A stretch of 64,000 nucleotides of DNA, from positions 35,240,080 through 35,304,079 of the forward strand of contig OZ037765.1 of NCBI GenBank assembly GCA_964035545.1, given 5' to 3'. This document shows positions 38,451-50,522 of this stretch, in pieces. The notes below the pieces were generated by a model that was given only the letters and a program-made list of their open reading frames with translations, was not told where the DNA came from and ran no database searches. The number at the start of each line of letters is the position of its first letter. Position 1 is the first letter of the stretch. Position numbers and translations under genes: made by a program. This stretch comes from Bugula neritina. Its lineage: Eukaryota > Animalia > Bryozoa.

Positions 38451-39009
38451 CTTGAAGATAGATTCTATGACCACCAGCCATGCAGTCGCCCCTCCCCCCT
38501 CCCCCCCGTTCTCTTCTTTCTAATTTCAAGTGGACCGCTCTTGACCGGTTTGAGGAGATGACAACGTAATCTTCTCAGTGATGACAAGATGCATAGCATC
38601 AGGCGGCTGTAATGGGCTGGTGGTATATTAGTTGGCGGTCTCTTTATTCCTATCATGATATAACTCTGTAGCTGGGGTCGAAGACCTGAGCAGCAATATC
38701 CTTCGTCACCCTGAACTGAGACCGCGACTGTGCCATAGCAGATATAGTAACATAATATTTTTAATAGTGAATATTTACTCATATAGAAAATAATGATATT
38801 AGTATATGTATAGCTGGGAGGGGATTTCTGCCTAGTTTTATTGCCCTAGTGACTAAAGGAAAAAAAGGGGGGGGGGGGCTTCAAATTTTGATCCTCAACT
38901 CTGATCGTTAAAGTGTCGGCTAGAGACACATGTGATGTCGGAAATATTTTGATGATTATCTTATCATTCATTTATTCTTTTTGTTTTGTTTTTGTTCTCT
39001 TTTGTAAAT

Positions 39010-39435
39010 TTTTAATACGCGTCAGATGGAAAGCTTTCTTCTACTTAAACCCAGACTGCAAGCCTACTACCAGCAAACTAACACCTTACATTAAAGAATT
39101 AGACCACTTTGAAACTGAAATATTCAACCTACTAGCCAACATCAGGTTTGAACCATTTACAAATTAACTACAAACCGAAATTAGAAATAATGTAAAGGAT
39201 ATATAAGATGATGACAAACCGCTAGTGAAAGCTGCCAAAACTACTAATTTCTACAAAATATCTACTTTTCAATACTGAGATTTTGTTAAACAAAACATTA
39301 CCAAAGAGTAAAAAAAGCCCCACATGGCCTAGCTAAATCAATCACAACAAAGGATCGACATCACAATCGCCAAATCACTAAATTTAGACACCAGAATAGA
39401 AGTACTGGCCAAGAAAGAAGCATTTATTACATTTT
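39010..39435 (+). mobile_element. Penelope-like element N-terminal ORF fragment
   Basis: RVRWKAFFYLNP, LVKAAKTTNFYK, IAKSLNLDTRIE...AFIT motifs typical of the region upstream of PLE RT. Confidence 0.7.
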
Positions 39436-39632
39436 TTTGAATGCTGGCAAGTTGATAAGAGTTTGTTTTGTTTGTTTAAAATACACATTTGCGTTAAACA
39501 CTATACATGACACATAGTATAGAGAGTGGCAGTTATTACAAATTATTTAAACTGAGGAAGATAATCTTGTTTTTTATATTACGTGAGTTAACAATTATAC
39601 TGATTTCTTTACATAAAAATGAGTTGGAGTTG

Positions 39633-39635
<3 letters not shown>

Positions 39636-39719
<84 letters not shown>
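39636..39719. repeat. (AT)n microsatellite
   Basis: Direct reading. Confidence 0.97.
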
Positions 39720-39721
<2 letters not shown>

Positions 39722-39779
39722 GTATATAGAAACAACATGGATTAGTGAAAGGTGTGTAGAGTTGAGTAGTGTAGAGCTT

Positions 39780-40370
39780 ATTGGTAAAGTTTTAGTGGTA
39801 TGTAGCAATTTTGTTTATTCAGTTGAGGTTTTACTGTTTAACGTAAAAAGCTTCAGCTAATTTTCGATGATGGATTCCTTTAAATGACTGATTTAGAACT
39901 GTTACATTGTCTAATTATACGTTTCCATGGTTAGTAGTGGAGATATGAGAATATATTTTCATAGTAATTTCATGGTAATGTTCATTTATCCTGTGTGATA
40001 GGCAACGCCAATTTCGCCTATAATATAGGTTTGTTGACGTGAAGCTTCAGAGCAGGTTATTTTGTAAACTATGTTGTGTAAGTGTTCTTTACTAGTTTTG
40101 TCTTTGAGGTTGGAATGTGAATTTAAGGAAGTTCCTTTGAATATAATTCGGGCGTTGATTCATTTGGAAGTGAGTCTGCAATGAATTTGTTGAGGAAATG
40201 AAATAGCTTTCCTCCTGCTACTCTTTTATAATTAGCTAGTTGAAGTAAAATATTATGTTTCCTGTTGTCCTTTTCACGGAGTAGTCCGTCACTAATGTTG
40301 GTAACAGTTTTCTCTATTACGTATATACAATTTAAATTTGATCAATTGTTGCTAATTCTTCTTCAATTGG
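39780..40370 (-). mobile_element. 3' fragment of another Penelope-like element (GIY-YIG end)
   Basis: Minus strand gives YIGEIG... and RKLAEAFYVKQ...PQLNKQ, degenerate. Confidence 0.55.
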
Positions 40371-40532
40371 GAAGTTGATATATCATGCAAGACCAAACTT
40401 ATAATAGTGTCACTAAATTTCTTCAAAGTTCAAATAAGTCTGCTAAATTTTTTTTAAACACATTTTATTTCCTATAAAAATAGATAGATGTATACTTCAT
40501 ATCACATGTCAACTAGTATATGTTTACTATAG

Positions 40533-40673
40533 CATGTCTAACCTGGAGAATCTGGAAACTCTTAATATATCAGGGAATAACTTCAGTGAAGGATTACCTG
40601 ATGTATTCACATCAATGACATCTCTAAGAGAGTTGCTTATGTATAACTGTGAACTACCAACTCTACCTGAGAG
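40533..40673 (+). CDS. LRR exon B
   Basis: 141 bp, phase 2-2; MSNLENLETLNISGNNFSEGLPDVFTSMTSLRELLMYNCELPTLPE. Confidence 0.9.
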
Positions 40674-41823
40674 GTTAGTAAATGCAAGCACCCTCCTAGT
40701 GTTTTGCCTCCATGTTTATAGACATGCACCTCCTGTTGCTATGTACTGTTAAAATTATTGCAAATTTGTTATTCTGTATTTAAAGTTGACCAAAAATATA
40801 AAATTTACCTACCTGTATGTTTTGAGACTTACATTTTTTTGCTAAATAATCTGTGAAAATCTCTCAAATCTGTTGAATGTTTGCTTATATGATGTATACA
40901 ATATGCAGATAAATATATGCTAATAAAGAGATGCTATGTAATATTATGACATGTGGTTATATGAAATAAATAAGACATGTTCCAATATTTTAATTTCCTA
41001 CTTAATGCTTGAATTAAGTAGAAGTTATAGTAAGCTGAGTTTATTAGACTTTTCTTGAAGAATAAATTAAGATGAAACTTTACTATACATGTCATCTTGC
41101 AGACTAAAACAAGGCGCTGATCTAACAATATAATACAAAAGTGATATAATTGATAATTAAATAAATCATACCGTCTTTTATTATACTATAAACAATGTTT
41201 AACTTTATTTTAATGCTTTATATTACTTTTTAAATTTAAGGGTAAAAAAAAACAAATACTCTTAGCAAATGACCTGTAATCATGGAAAATATAAGCTAAT
41301 GAAGATATGCTACGTAATGCTATAACGCCAATAATCTAATTTCCTATAATGCTTGAATTACGTAAAAATTACAGTAATAGCTGAGTTTATTAGAATTTTC
41401 TTGAAAAATAAAACGCTGAAGCCTTATTATGTAATATCCTGCAGACTAAAATCAGGCTTTCAATATAATGTATAGTTGATTAGGTGTTATAAATAATTAT
41501 TAATTTAAATTTGAAGTTTGAAACAGAAATGAAATATTTTAGCAAATTACCTGTAAGTATGACAAATATTATTATATATATGAATAAAATGCTAGTTGTA
41601 TATTTTGTACTCAGCTTAAGGTTTTCAAAATAAAGACTCATGCAGTATATTTCACATGTATATGTGAGATTCATATCTACTGATGTCTTTTATTCCAACT
41701 TTATACTCCATTAGATGAAATTTATTATATATCAATGAGAAACTTTATGCTAGAATTATATTTCTATTCCTTTAGATGGTTGTATTACTATATGATGTCT
41801 CAACTAGTATATGTTTACTATAG

Positions 41824-41964
41824 CATGTCTAATCTGAAGAATCTGGAGACTCTTAATATGTTAGGGAATAACTTCAGTGAAGGATTACCTGATGTAGTCA
41901 CATCAATGACATCTCTAAGGAAGTTGTATATTAGTGGCTGTAGACTACCAACTCTACCTGAAAG
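41824..41964 (+). CDS. LRR exon C
   Basis: 141 bp, phase 2-2; ...LNMLGNNFSEGLPDVVTSMTSLRKLYISGCRLPTLPE. Confidence 0.9.
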
Positions 41965-42836
41965 GTTAGTAAATGCAAGCACGTCCTCCTAGTGCTTTGT
42001 CTCCATGTTTATAGACATGCATCTCCTGTTGCTATGTATTGTTAAAATTATTGCAAATTTCTCATTCTGTATTTAAAGTTAACCAAAAATCTAAAGGGTT
42101 TATGTGTATGTTTTGAGACTTACACTTTTTTTGCTAACTAATCTGTGAAAACATCTCAAATCTGTTAAATATTTGCTTATATGATGTATACAATATGCAG
42201 ATAAATATAAGCTAATAAAGAGATGCTATGTAATATTATGACATGTGGTTATATGAAATATATAAGACATGTTTCAATATTTTAAATTCCTATTATGCTT
42301 GAATTAAGTAGAAGTTATAGTAAGCTGAGTTTATTAGAATTTTCTTGAAAAATAAAAAGCTTAAGATTTATTATGTAATATCCTGCAGACTAAAATCAGG
42401 TTCTGATCTAGCAATATAATGTATAGTTGGTATCTAAATAAGTTATACAGTCGTTTGTCATACTATAAGCAGTAATAACCTTTAATTGAAGTGTTATAAA
42501 TAATTAATTTGTATTTTGAAGTATGAAACAAAAATGAATTATTTTAGCAATTATCTGTAACTATGACAAATATTATTATATATAAAATATAAATGCATGA
42601 AATGTGAAGGGTATATACTTTGTATTCAGCTTGATGTTGAAAAAAAGGACTCATGCAGTATATTTCACATGTATATGTGAGATTCATATCTACTGATGTC
42701 TTTTATTCCAACTTTATCTTCCATTAAATGAAATTTATTATATATCAATGGGAAACTTTATGCTAGAATTATATTTCTATTGCTTTAGATGGTTGTATTA
42801 CTACATGATGTCTCAACTAGTATATGTTTACTATAG

Positions 42837-42977
42837 CATGTCTAATCTGAAGAATCTGGAGACTCTTAATATGCCATGGAATAACTTCAGTAAAGGATTA
42901 CCTGATGTAGTCACATCAATGACATCTCTAAGACAGTTGGATATTAGTCACTGTAACCTACCAACTCTACCTGAGAG
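42837..42977 (+). CDS. LRR exon D
   Basis: 141 bp, phase 2-2; ...LNMPWNNFSKGLPDVVTSMTSLRQLDISHCNLPTLPE. Confidence 0.9.
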
Positions 42978-43446
42978 GTTAGTAAATGCAAGCACCCTCC
43001 TAGTGTTTTGCTTCCATGTTTATAGACATGCATCTCCTGTTGCTATGTATTGTTAAAATTATTGCAAATTTCTTATTCTGTATTTAAAGTTAAGCAAAAA
43101 TCTAGAATTTACCTGCATGTTTTAAGACTTACATTTTTTTTGTTAACTAATCTGTGGAAATTTCTTAAATCTGTGGAATGTTTTCTTATCTGATGTATAC
43201 AATATGCAGATAAATATAAGCTAATAAAGAGATGCTATGTAATATTATGACATGAGGTTATGGAATATATAAGACATGTTCCAATATTTTAATTTTCTAT
43301 AATGCTTGAATTAAGTAGAAGTTATAGTAAGCTGAGTTTATTAGAATTTTCTTGAAAAAAAATAAATTAAGCTTAGACTTTACTACATGTCACTTGCAGA
43401 CTAAAACAAGGTGCTGATCTAGCAATATAATGCAAAAGTAATATAA

Positions 43447-44598
43447 GGGTCATTCCATGTCAACTCAACAAAGTTTTTGAAGATTGTCACCGACCCGTTT
43501 CAGATTTTTTTGAGACCCTAGTATGGTATTTCAAAACATGCCAATTAAAAAAATCTCAAATATTAGCCCATAATTCCTAATAGTTTTATAGTTACGGCAC
43601 TTTTTGTGTGCAAAGGTTGGTAAAAAGTCGGTACTTTTTCATGGGTTTCAGTACCGAAGGTCAACTTCATAGATTTATATCTCGGAGAAGATTCAAGACA
43701 AACCTTTCATCCTTTTATGGATGATAGTTCTACATGACTTTAATCAACTAAAAGCAAAGGACTTGCCATAAATGTTGATCAGAAAAACTCTCTGTTGTAT
43801 TACGTTTTCAGGTCAAAAACTTGGTAGTTTTTCAAAATCGTCAATTTTTAGGCGCCTAAAATTCACCTTTTGCAAATAGCTATGAACTTCATATTTTAGC
43901 ACCTAATAAATATATTATATAAATCATATTAGAAAAGATTCAGTTTTTTACTGGCATAAGTGTGTTGAAATATTAAAATCTGAAAATTATGCATTTTTTC
44001 ATGCATGAGCTCATGCATGAAAAAATACATAATTTTCTAGGAGAAAACTAAATGTGGGTATAAATGAACTTTTTTAAAAATGGTTTCATTTCAGGTGATT
44101 GTGATGAATCTTATCCCAGTAAAAAGCTGAGACTTTTCTAATGTGATATATATATATAACAAAGTTTTTAGGTGCTAAAAATATCAAGATCATAGCTATT
44201 TGTAAAAGGTGAGTTTTAAGTGCCGGAGAATTGACGATTTTGAAAAATTACCAAATTTTTGGCCTAAAAACGTAATGCAACAGAACTTTTTTCTCAACAC
44301 TTATGGCAGATTTTTTGCTTCAATTTAAATAAAATCATGTAGAACTATCATCCATAAATGTATGAAAGGTTTGTCTTGAATCTTCTCCGGGATATAAATT
44401 TATGAAGTTGACCTTCGGTACTGAAACCCATGAAAGAAGGACTGATTTTTTTTACAAACCTTTGCTCACAAAAAGTGCCATAACTACAAAACTACCAGGA
44501 ATTAAGAGCTAATATTTATTATTTTTTTATTTGACATGTTCTAGAATACTCTACTAAAATTTTGGTTTTGGCCTTGTTGAGTTGGCGTGGAATGACCC
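43447..44598. mobile_element. Palindromic foldback non-autonomous DNA element, copy 1
   Basis: Termini gggtcattccatgtcaactcaacaa / ttgttgagttggcgtggaatgaccc; halves are inverted copies around ttttttcatgcatgagctcatgcatgaaaaaa (~43995-44026). Confidence 0.88.
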
Positions 44599-44697
44599 AT
44601 ACATCAATGGGAAACTTTATGCTAGAATTATACTTCCATTGCTTCAGATGGTTGTATTACTATACATGATGTCTCAACTAGTATATGTTTACTGTAG

Positions 44698-44838
44698 CAT
44701 GTCTAATCTGAAGAATCTGGAGACTCTTGATGTGTCAGAGAATAACTTCAATGAAGGATTACCTGATTTAGTCACATCAATGACATCTCTAAGGAAGTTG
44801 AATATAAAGAGATGTGAACTACCAACTCTACCTGAGAG
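44698..44838 (+). CDS. LRR exon E
   Basis: 141 bp, phase 2-2; ...LDVSENNFNEGLPDLVTSMTSLRKLNIKRCELPTLPE. Confidence 0.9.
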
Positions 44839-45709
44839 GTTAGTAAATGCAAGCACCCTCCTAGTGTTTTCCCTCCATGTTTATAGACATGCATCTCCTG
44901 TTGCTATGTATTGTTAAAATTATTGCAAGTTTCTTATTTTGTATTTAAAGTTAACCAAAAATCTAGAATTTACCTGCATGTTTTGAGACTTACATTTTTT
45001 TTGCTATAAAAAATCTGTGAAAATTTCTCAAATCTGTTGAATGTTTGCCTATATGATGTATACAATATGCAAGTAAATATAAGCTAATAAAGAGATGCTA
45101 TGTAATATTATGACATGTGGTTATGGAATATATAAGACATGTTCCGATATTTTAATTTCCTATAATGCTTGAGTTAAGTAGAAGTTATAGTAAGCTGAGT
45201 TTATTAGACTTTTCTTGTAAAATAAAAAGCTTAAGCTTTATTATGTAATATCCTGCAGACTAAAATCAGGTTCTGATGTAGCAATATAATGTATAGTTGG
45301 TATCTAAATAAGTTATACAGTCGTTTGTTATACTATAAGCAGTAATAACCTTTAATTGAAGTGTTATAAATAATTAATTTGTATTTTGAAGTATGAAACA
45401 AAAATGAATTATTTTAGCAATTATCTGTAACTATGACAAATATTATTATATATAAAAATATAAATGCATAAACTGTGAAGGGTATATACTTTGTATTCAG
45501 CTTGGTGTTGAAAAAAAGGACTCATGCAGTATATTTCACATGTGTATGTGAGATTCACATCTACTGAAGTCTTTTATTCCAACTTTATATACTCCATTAA
45601 ATGAAATTTATTATACATCAATGGGAAACTTTATGCTAGAATTATATTTCTATTGCTTTAGATGGTTGTATTACTACATGATGTCTCAACTAGTATATGT
45701 TTACTATAG

Positions 45710-45850
45710 CATGTCTAATCTGAAGAATCTGGAGACTCTTAATATGTCAAGGAATAACTTCAGTAAAGGATTACCTGATGTATTCACATCAATGACATTT
45801 CTAAGACAGTTGGATATTAGTCACTGTAACCTACCAACTCTACCTGAGAG
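45710..45850 (+). CDS. LRR exon F
   Basis: 141 bp, phase 2-2; ...LNMSRNNFSKGLPDVFTSMTFLRQLDISHCNLPTLPE. Confidence 0.9.
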
Positions 45851-46321
45851 GTTAGTAAATGCAAGCACCCTCCTAGTGTTTTGCTTCCATGTTTATAGAC
45901 ATGCATCTCCTGTTGCTATGTATTGTTTAAATTATTGCAAATTTCTCATTCTATATTTAAAGTTAACCAAAAATCTAGAATTTACCTGTATGTTTTGTGA
46001 CTTACATTTTTTTTGCTAACTCATCTGTGGAAATTTCCTAAATCTGTGGAATGTTTGCTTATATGATGTATACAATATGCAAATAAATATAAGCTAATAA
46101 AGAGATGCTACGTAATATTATGACATGTGGTTATATGGAATATATAAGACATGTTCCAATACTCTAATTTTCTATAATGTTTGAATTAAGTAAAAGTTAT
46201 AGTAAGCTGAGTTTATTAGCCTTTTCTTGAAAAAAAATAAATTAAGCTTAAACTTTACTACATGTCACTTGCAGACTAAAACAAGGTGCTGATCTAGCCA
46301 TATAATACAAAAGTAATATAA

Positions 46322-47474
46322 GGGTCATTCCATGTCAACTCAACAAAGTTTTTGAAGATTTTCACTGACCCGTTTCAGATTTTTTTGAGACCCTAGTATG
46401 GTATTTCAAAATATGTCAATTGAAAAAATCTCAAATATTAGCCCATAATTCCTAATAGTTTCATAGTTATGGCACTTTTTGTGAGCAAAGGTTGGTAAAA
46501 AATCAGTCCTTTTTTCATGGGTTTCAGTACCGAAGGTCAACTTCATAGATTTATATCTCAGAGACGATTCAATACAAACCTTTCATACATTTATGGATGA
46601 TAGTTCTACATGATTTTATTCAACTAAAAGCAAAAGACTTGCCATGAATGTTGATCAGAAAAACTCTCTGTTGTATTACGTTTTCAGGTCAAAAACTTGG
46701 TAGTTTTTCAAAATCGTCAATTTTTAGGCGCCTAAAATTCACCTTTTGCAAATAGCTATGAACTTCATATTTTTAGCACCTAATAAATATATTATATAAA
46801 TCATTTTAGAAAAGATTCAGTTTTTTACTGGCATAAGTGTGTTGAAATATTAAAATCTGAAAATTATGCATTTTTTCATGCATGAGCTCATGCATGAAAA
46901 AATGCATAATTTTCTAGGAGAAAACTAAATGTGGGTATAAATGAACTTTTTTAAAAATGGTTTCATTTCAGGTGATTGTGATGAATCTTATCCCAGTAAA
47001 AAGCTGAGACTTTTCTAATGTGATATATATATATAACAAAGTATGTAGGTGCTAAAAATATCAAGATCATAGCTATTTGTAAAAGGTGAGTTTTAAGTGC
47101 CGGAGAATTGACGATTTTGAAAAATTACCAAATTTTTGGCCTAAAAACGCAATGCAACAGAATATTTTTCTCAACACTTATGGCAGATTTTTTGCTTTTA
47201 GTTGAATAAAATCATGTAGAACTATCATCCATAAATGTATGAAAGGTTTGTATTGAATCGTCTCCGAGATATAAATCTATGAAGTTGACCTTCCGTACCG
47301 AAACCCATGAAAGAAGGACTGATTTTTTTACAAACCTTTGCTCACAAAAAGTGCCATAACTACAAAACTACCAGGAATTAAGAGCTAATATTTATTATTT
47401 TTTCATTTGACATGTTCTAGAATACTCTACTAAAATTTTGGTTTTGGCCTTGTTGAGTTGGCGTGGAATGACCC
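46322..47474. mobile_element. Palindromic foldback element, copy 2 (co-duplicated with the LRR unit)
   Basis: Same termini and identical flanking junctions as 43447-44598. Confidence 0.88.
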
Positions 47475-47575
47475 ATACATCAATAAGAAACTTTATGCTA
47501 GAATTACATTTCCTTTTACTCTGATGCATGGTTGTATTACTACATGATGTCTCAACTAGTATATGTTTACTATAG

Positions 47576-47716
47576 CATGTCTAATCTGAAGAATCTGGAG
47601 ACTCTTGATGTGTCAGAGAATAACTTCAGTAAAGGATTACCTGATGTATTCACATCAATGACATCTCTAAGAAAGTTGGATATTAGTCACTGTAACCTAC
47701 CAACTCTACCTGAGAG
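47576..47716 (+). CDS. LRR exon G
   Basis: 141 bp, phase 2-2; ...LDVSENNFSKGLPDVFTSMTSLRKLDISHCNLPTLPE. Confidence 0.9.
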
Positions 47717-48188
47717 GTTAGTAAATGCAAGCACCCTCCTAGTGTTTTGCTTCCATGTTTATAGACATGCATCTCCTGTTGCTATGTATTGTTAAAATTA
47801 TTGCAAATTTCTCATTCTATATTTAAAGTTAACCAAAAATCTAGAATTTACCTGTATGTTTTGTGACTTACATTTTTTTTTGCTAACTAATCTGTGGAAA
47901 TTTCCTAAATCTGTGGAATGTTTGCTTATATGATGTATACAATATGCAAATAAATATAAGCTAATAAAGAGATGCTACGTAATATTATGACATGTGGTTA
48001 TATGGAATATATAAGACATGTTCCAATACTCTAATTTTCTATAATGTTTGAATTAAGTAAAAGTTATAGTAAGCTGAGTTTATTAGCCTTTTCTTGAAAA
48101 AAAATAAATTAAGCTTAAACTTTACTACATGTCACTTGCAGACTAAAACAAGGTGCTGATCTAGCCATATAATACAAAAGTAATATAA

Positions 48189-48744
48189 GGGTCATTCCAT
48201 GTCAACTCAACAAAGTTTTTGAAGATTTTCACTGACCCGTTTCAGATTTTTTTGAGACCCTAGTATGGTATTTCAAAATATGTCAATTGAAAAAATCTCA
48301 AATATTAGCCCATAATTCCTAATAGTTTCATAGTTATGGCACTTTTTGTGTGCAAAGGTTGGTAAAAAATCAGTCCTTTTTTCATGGGTTTCAGTACCGA
48401 AGGTCAACTTCATAGATTTATATCTCGGAGAAGATTCAAGACAAACCTTTCATACTTTTATGGATGATAGTTCTACATGATTTTATTCAACTAAAAGCAA
48501 AAGACTTGCCATGAATGTTGATCAGAAAAACTCTCTGTTGTATTACGTTTTCAGGTCAAAAACTTGGTAGTTTTTCAAAATCGTCAATTTTTAGGCGCCT
48601 AAAATTCACCTTTTGCAAATAGCTATGAACTTCATATTTTTAGCACCTAATAAATATATTATATAAATCATTTTAGAAAAGATTCAGTTTTTTACTGGCA
48701 TAAGTGTGTTGAAATATTAAAATCTGAAAATTATGCATTTTTTC
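48189..48744. mobile_element. Palindromic foldback element, copy 3, left half only
   Basis: Identity to copies 1 and 2 stops at ...ttatgcattttttc, the centre of the palindrome. Confidence 0.85.
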
Positions 48745-48955
48745 CAGTATATATTTTCCTAGAATGTTGTTTAGAGACATAAATAAACTGCCTATGCACA
48801 ACATACTTTGCATCTGTTTAGTATCTCGTAATTAGACATAAAAAAATCAAAGCCAATTATAAGGCAAAAGACCATAATACTGTACTATCATTGGATAGTT
48901 CTTCATCAATAAACAGGTAGTCGCCAGTGGTGGATATGAACCCCTCCTAGATCTT

Positions 48956-50522
48956 TCTCATCTCATCTCATCTCATCTCATCTCATCTAATTAATCTCAC
49001 TCGGAGCGCTTTGGCTCCTTTATCGAGATGCAGTGGTGTATGAACAATTGTTTAGATTATCAGTAGTAAGGAAGAAAACTATTTTGTCTACGAGATAAGA
49101 ATATAGTTAATTATGCTTCGATTCAAAGCTCAATAGCTAGCTACTGCCAGGGGAGAAAGAAAAAAAGAAAAAAGAAAGAAAAAAAAAAAAAAAAAAAGTA
49201 AATAAATAAATAGATATACACCGCACAGCTTCAGATGATATAAAGCAGAGTCGGTGTTAAGTGCTTATAATCAGTTAGGCAAAGCAGCTAGAATCATTAA
49301 AAAAGTTTATGGATGCGATGTTTATATGAATGTTTGGCAGTTTTGGTATTGATATTGCCCTTAATAGCACCATGTCTGGTATTGTGAGACTCTGCAAAAT
49401 GAAGGGAGAACCGGTCTTGGTCTATAGCGGCATTACCAGAAAGCATACGAAAGTACATTTTTTGGTCTGCATTGTCACGTCTTTGTGCAAGGCTATCCCA
49501 ATTAGAATTTGTCATGAGCTCAGTTATATGATTTCGTTTTCTCTTACAGAATGTCCACCTGAAGGCTTTTCTATTTATACCTTCTATGATGTTGATGTTT
49601 TTCAATTTAAATGGAGACCAGGTGTGGGTCGCAAATTCTAGTATAGGGCGACAGACTGTTTTATAAGCTATGGCTCTGGTTTTACTTTTAGCCTTTTTTA
49701 GACAGCGCATCAGCATGTGTAATAATTTATTAGCTTTTGAGCAAATGTTTATTATATGTTGATCGAATGACAGTTTATTATCAATCGTGACACCAAGGTA
49801 TAATACTTTGTCAACACATTGTAAGGGGTCATTATTCATGCTGTATTGAGATACTAGAGGATTTACAGTGGAGCGTTGAATTGTCATATGCTCACATTTA
49901 TTTATATTGAACTTCATCTGAGAACTGTCTGCCCAAGTTATAAGATGGTCTAAGTCATTCTGAAATAAACTAGAATCAGCAGGTGTTGTGATTGGTTTGT
50001 ACAACAAGGAATCATCTGCATATAGTTTAAGCTTGCTGTTGGCTACCGCAGAGTGCATGTCATTTATGTACACATTAAATAACAATGGTCCTAATACACT
50101 GCCTTGTGGCACTCCTGAGGTCACATGTCTAGTGGCCGATTTGACGTTGTTGACACACACTGAAAGAAGACGGTTCTGAAGCCATGAAAAAATCCATTTG
50201 ACAGTTTTATCAGCTATTCCGATATTTAGCAGTTTAACCTGTAGTTTATGGTGCGACACAACGTCAAAGGCCTTTGAAAAATCCAAGACAGCGAGATCAA
50301 CCGGTATCATTTCGTCAAAAAAATCTATAAATTCACTCACTGTATTCAACAACTGAGTATCGCAGCCATGATTTGTCCTGAAACCATGTTGGTGTGGGTA
50401 AAACAGGTCATTTGATTCGAGGAAACAGTTGATATTATGTGATACGATATGCTCGAAGATTTTGGATATGATAGAAGTGAGTGATATTGGCCTGTAATTC
50501 AGCGGGTCTGTACGACTTCCTC
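48956..50522 (-). mobile_element. 5'-truncated LINE (CR1/L2-group-like) RT fragment with 3' UTR and (TGAGA)n tail
   Basis: ORF 49297-50352 with LDFSKAFD, GVPQGSVLGPLLF, YADD, YLGV; upstream NYRPISLTS and QHGFR; (TCTCA)n at 48956-48988. Confidence 0.9.

Noticed and set aside
40534-47795. Treating each LRR ORF as a separate small gene starting at its Met
   Set aside because: The Met sits one base after a conserved AG acceptor, and the ORF extensions are intron read-through past conserved GT donors
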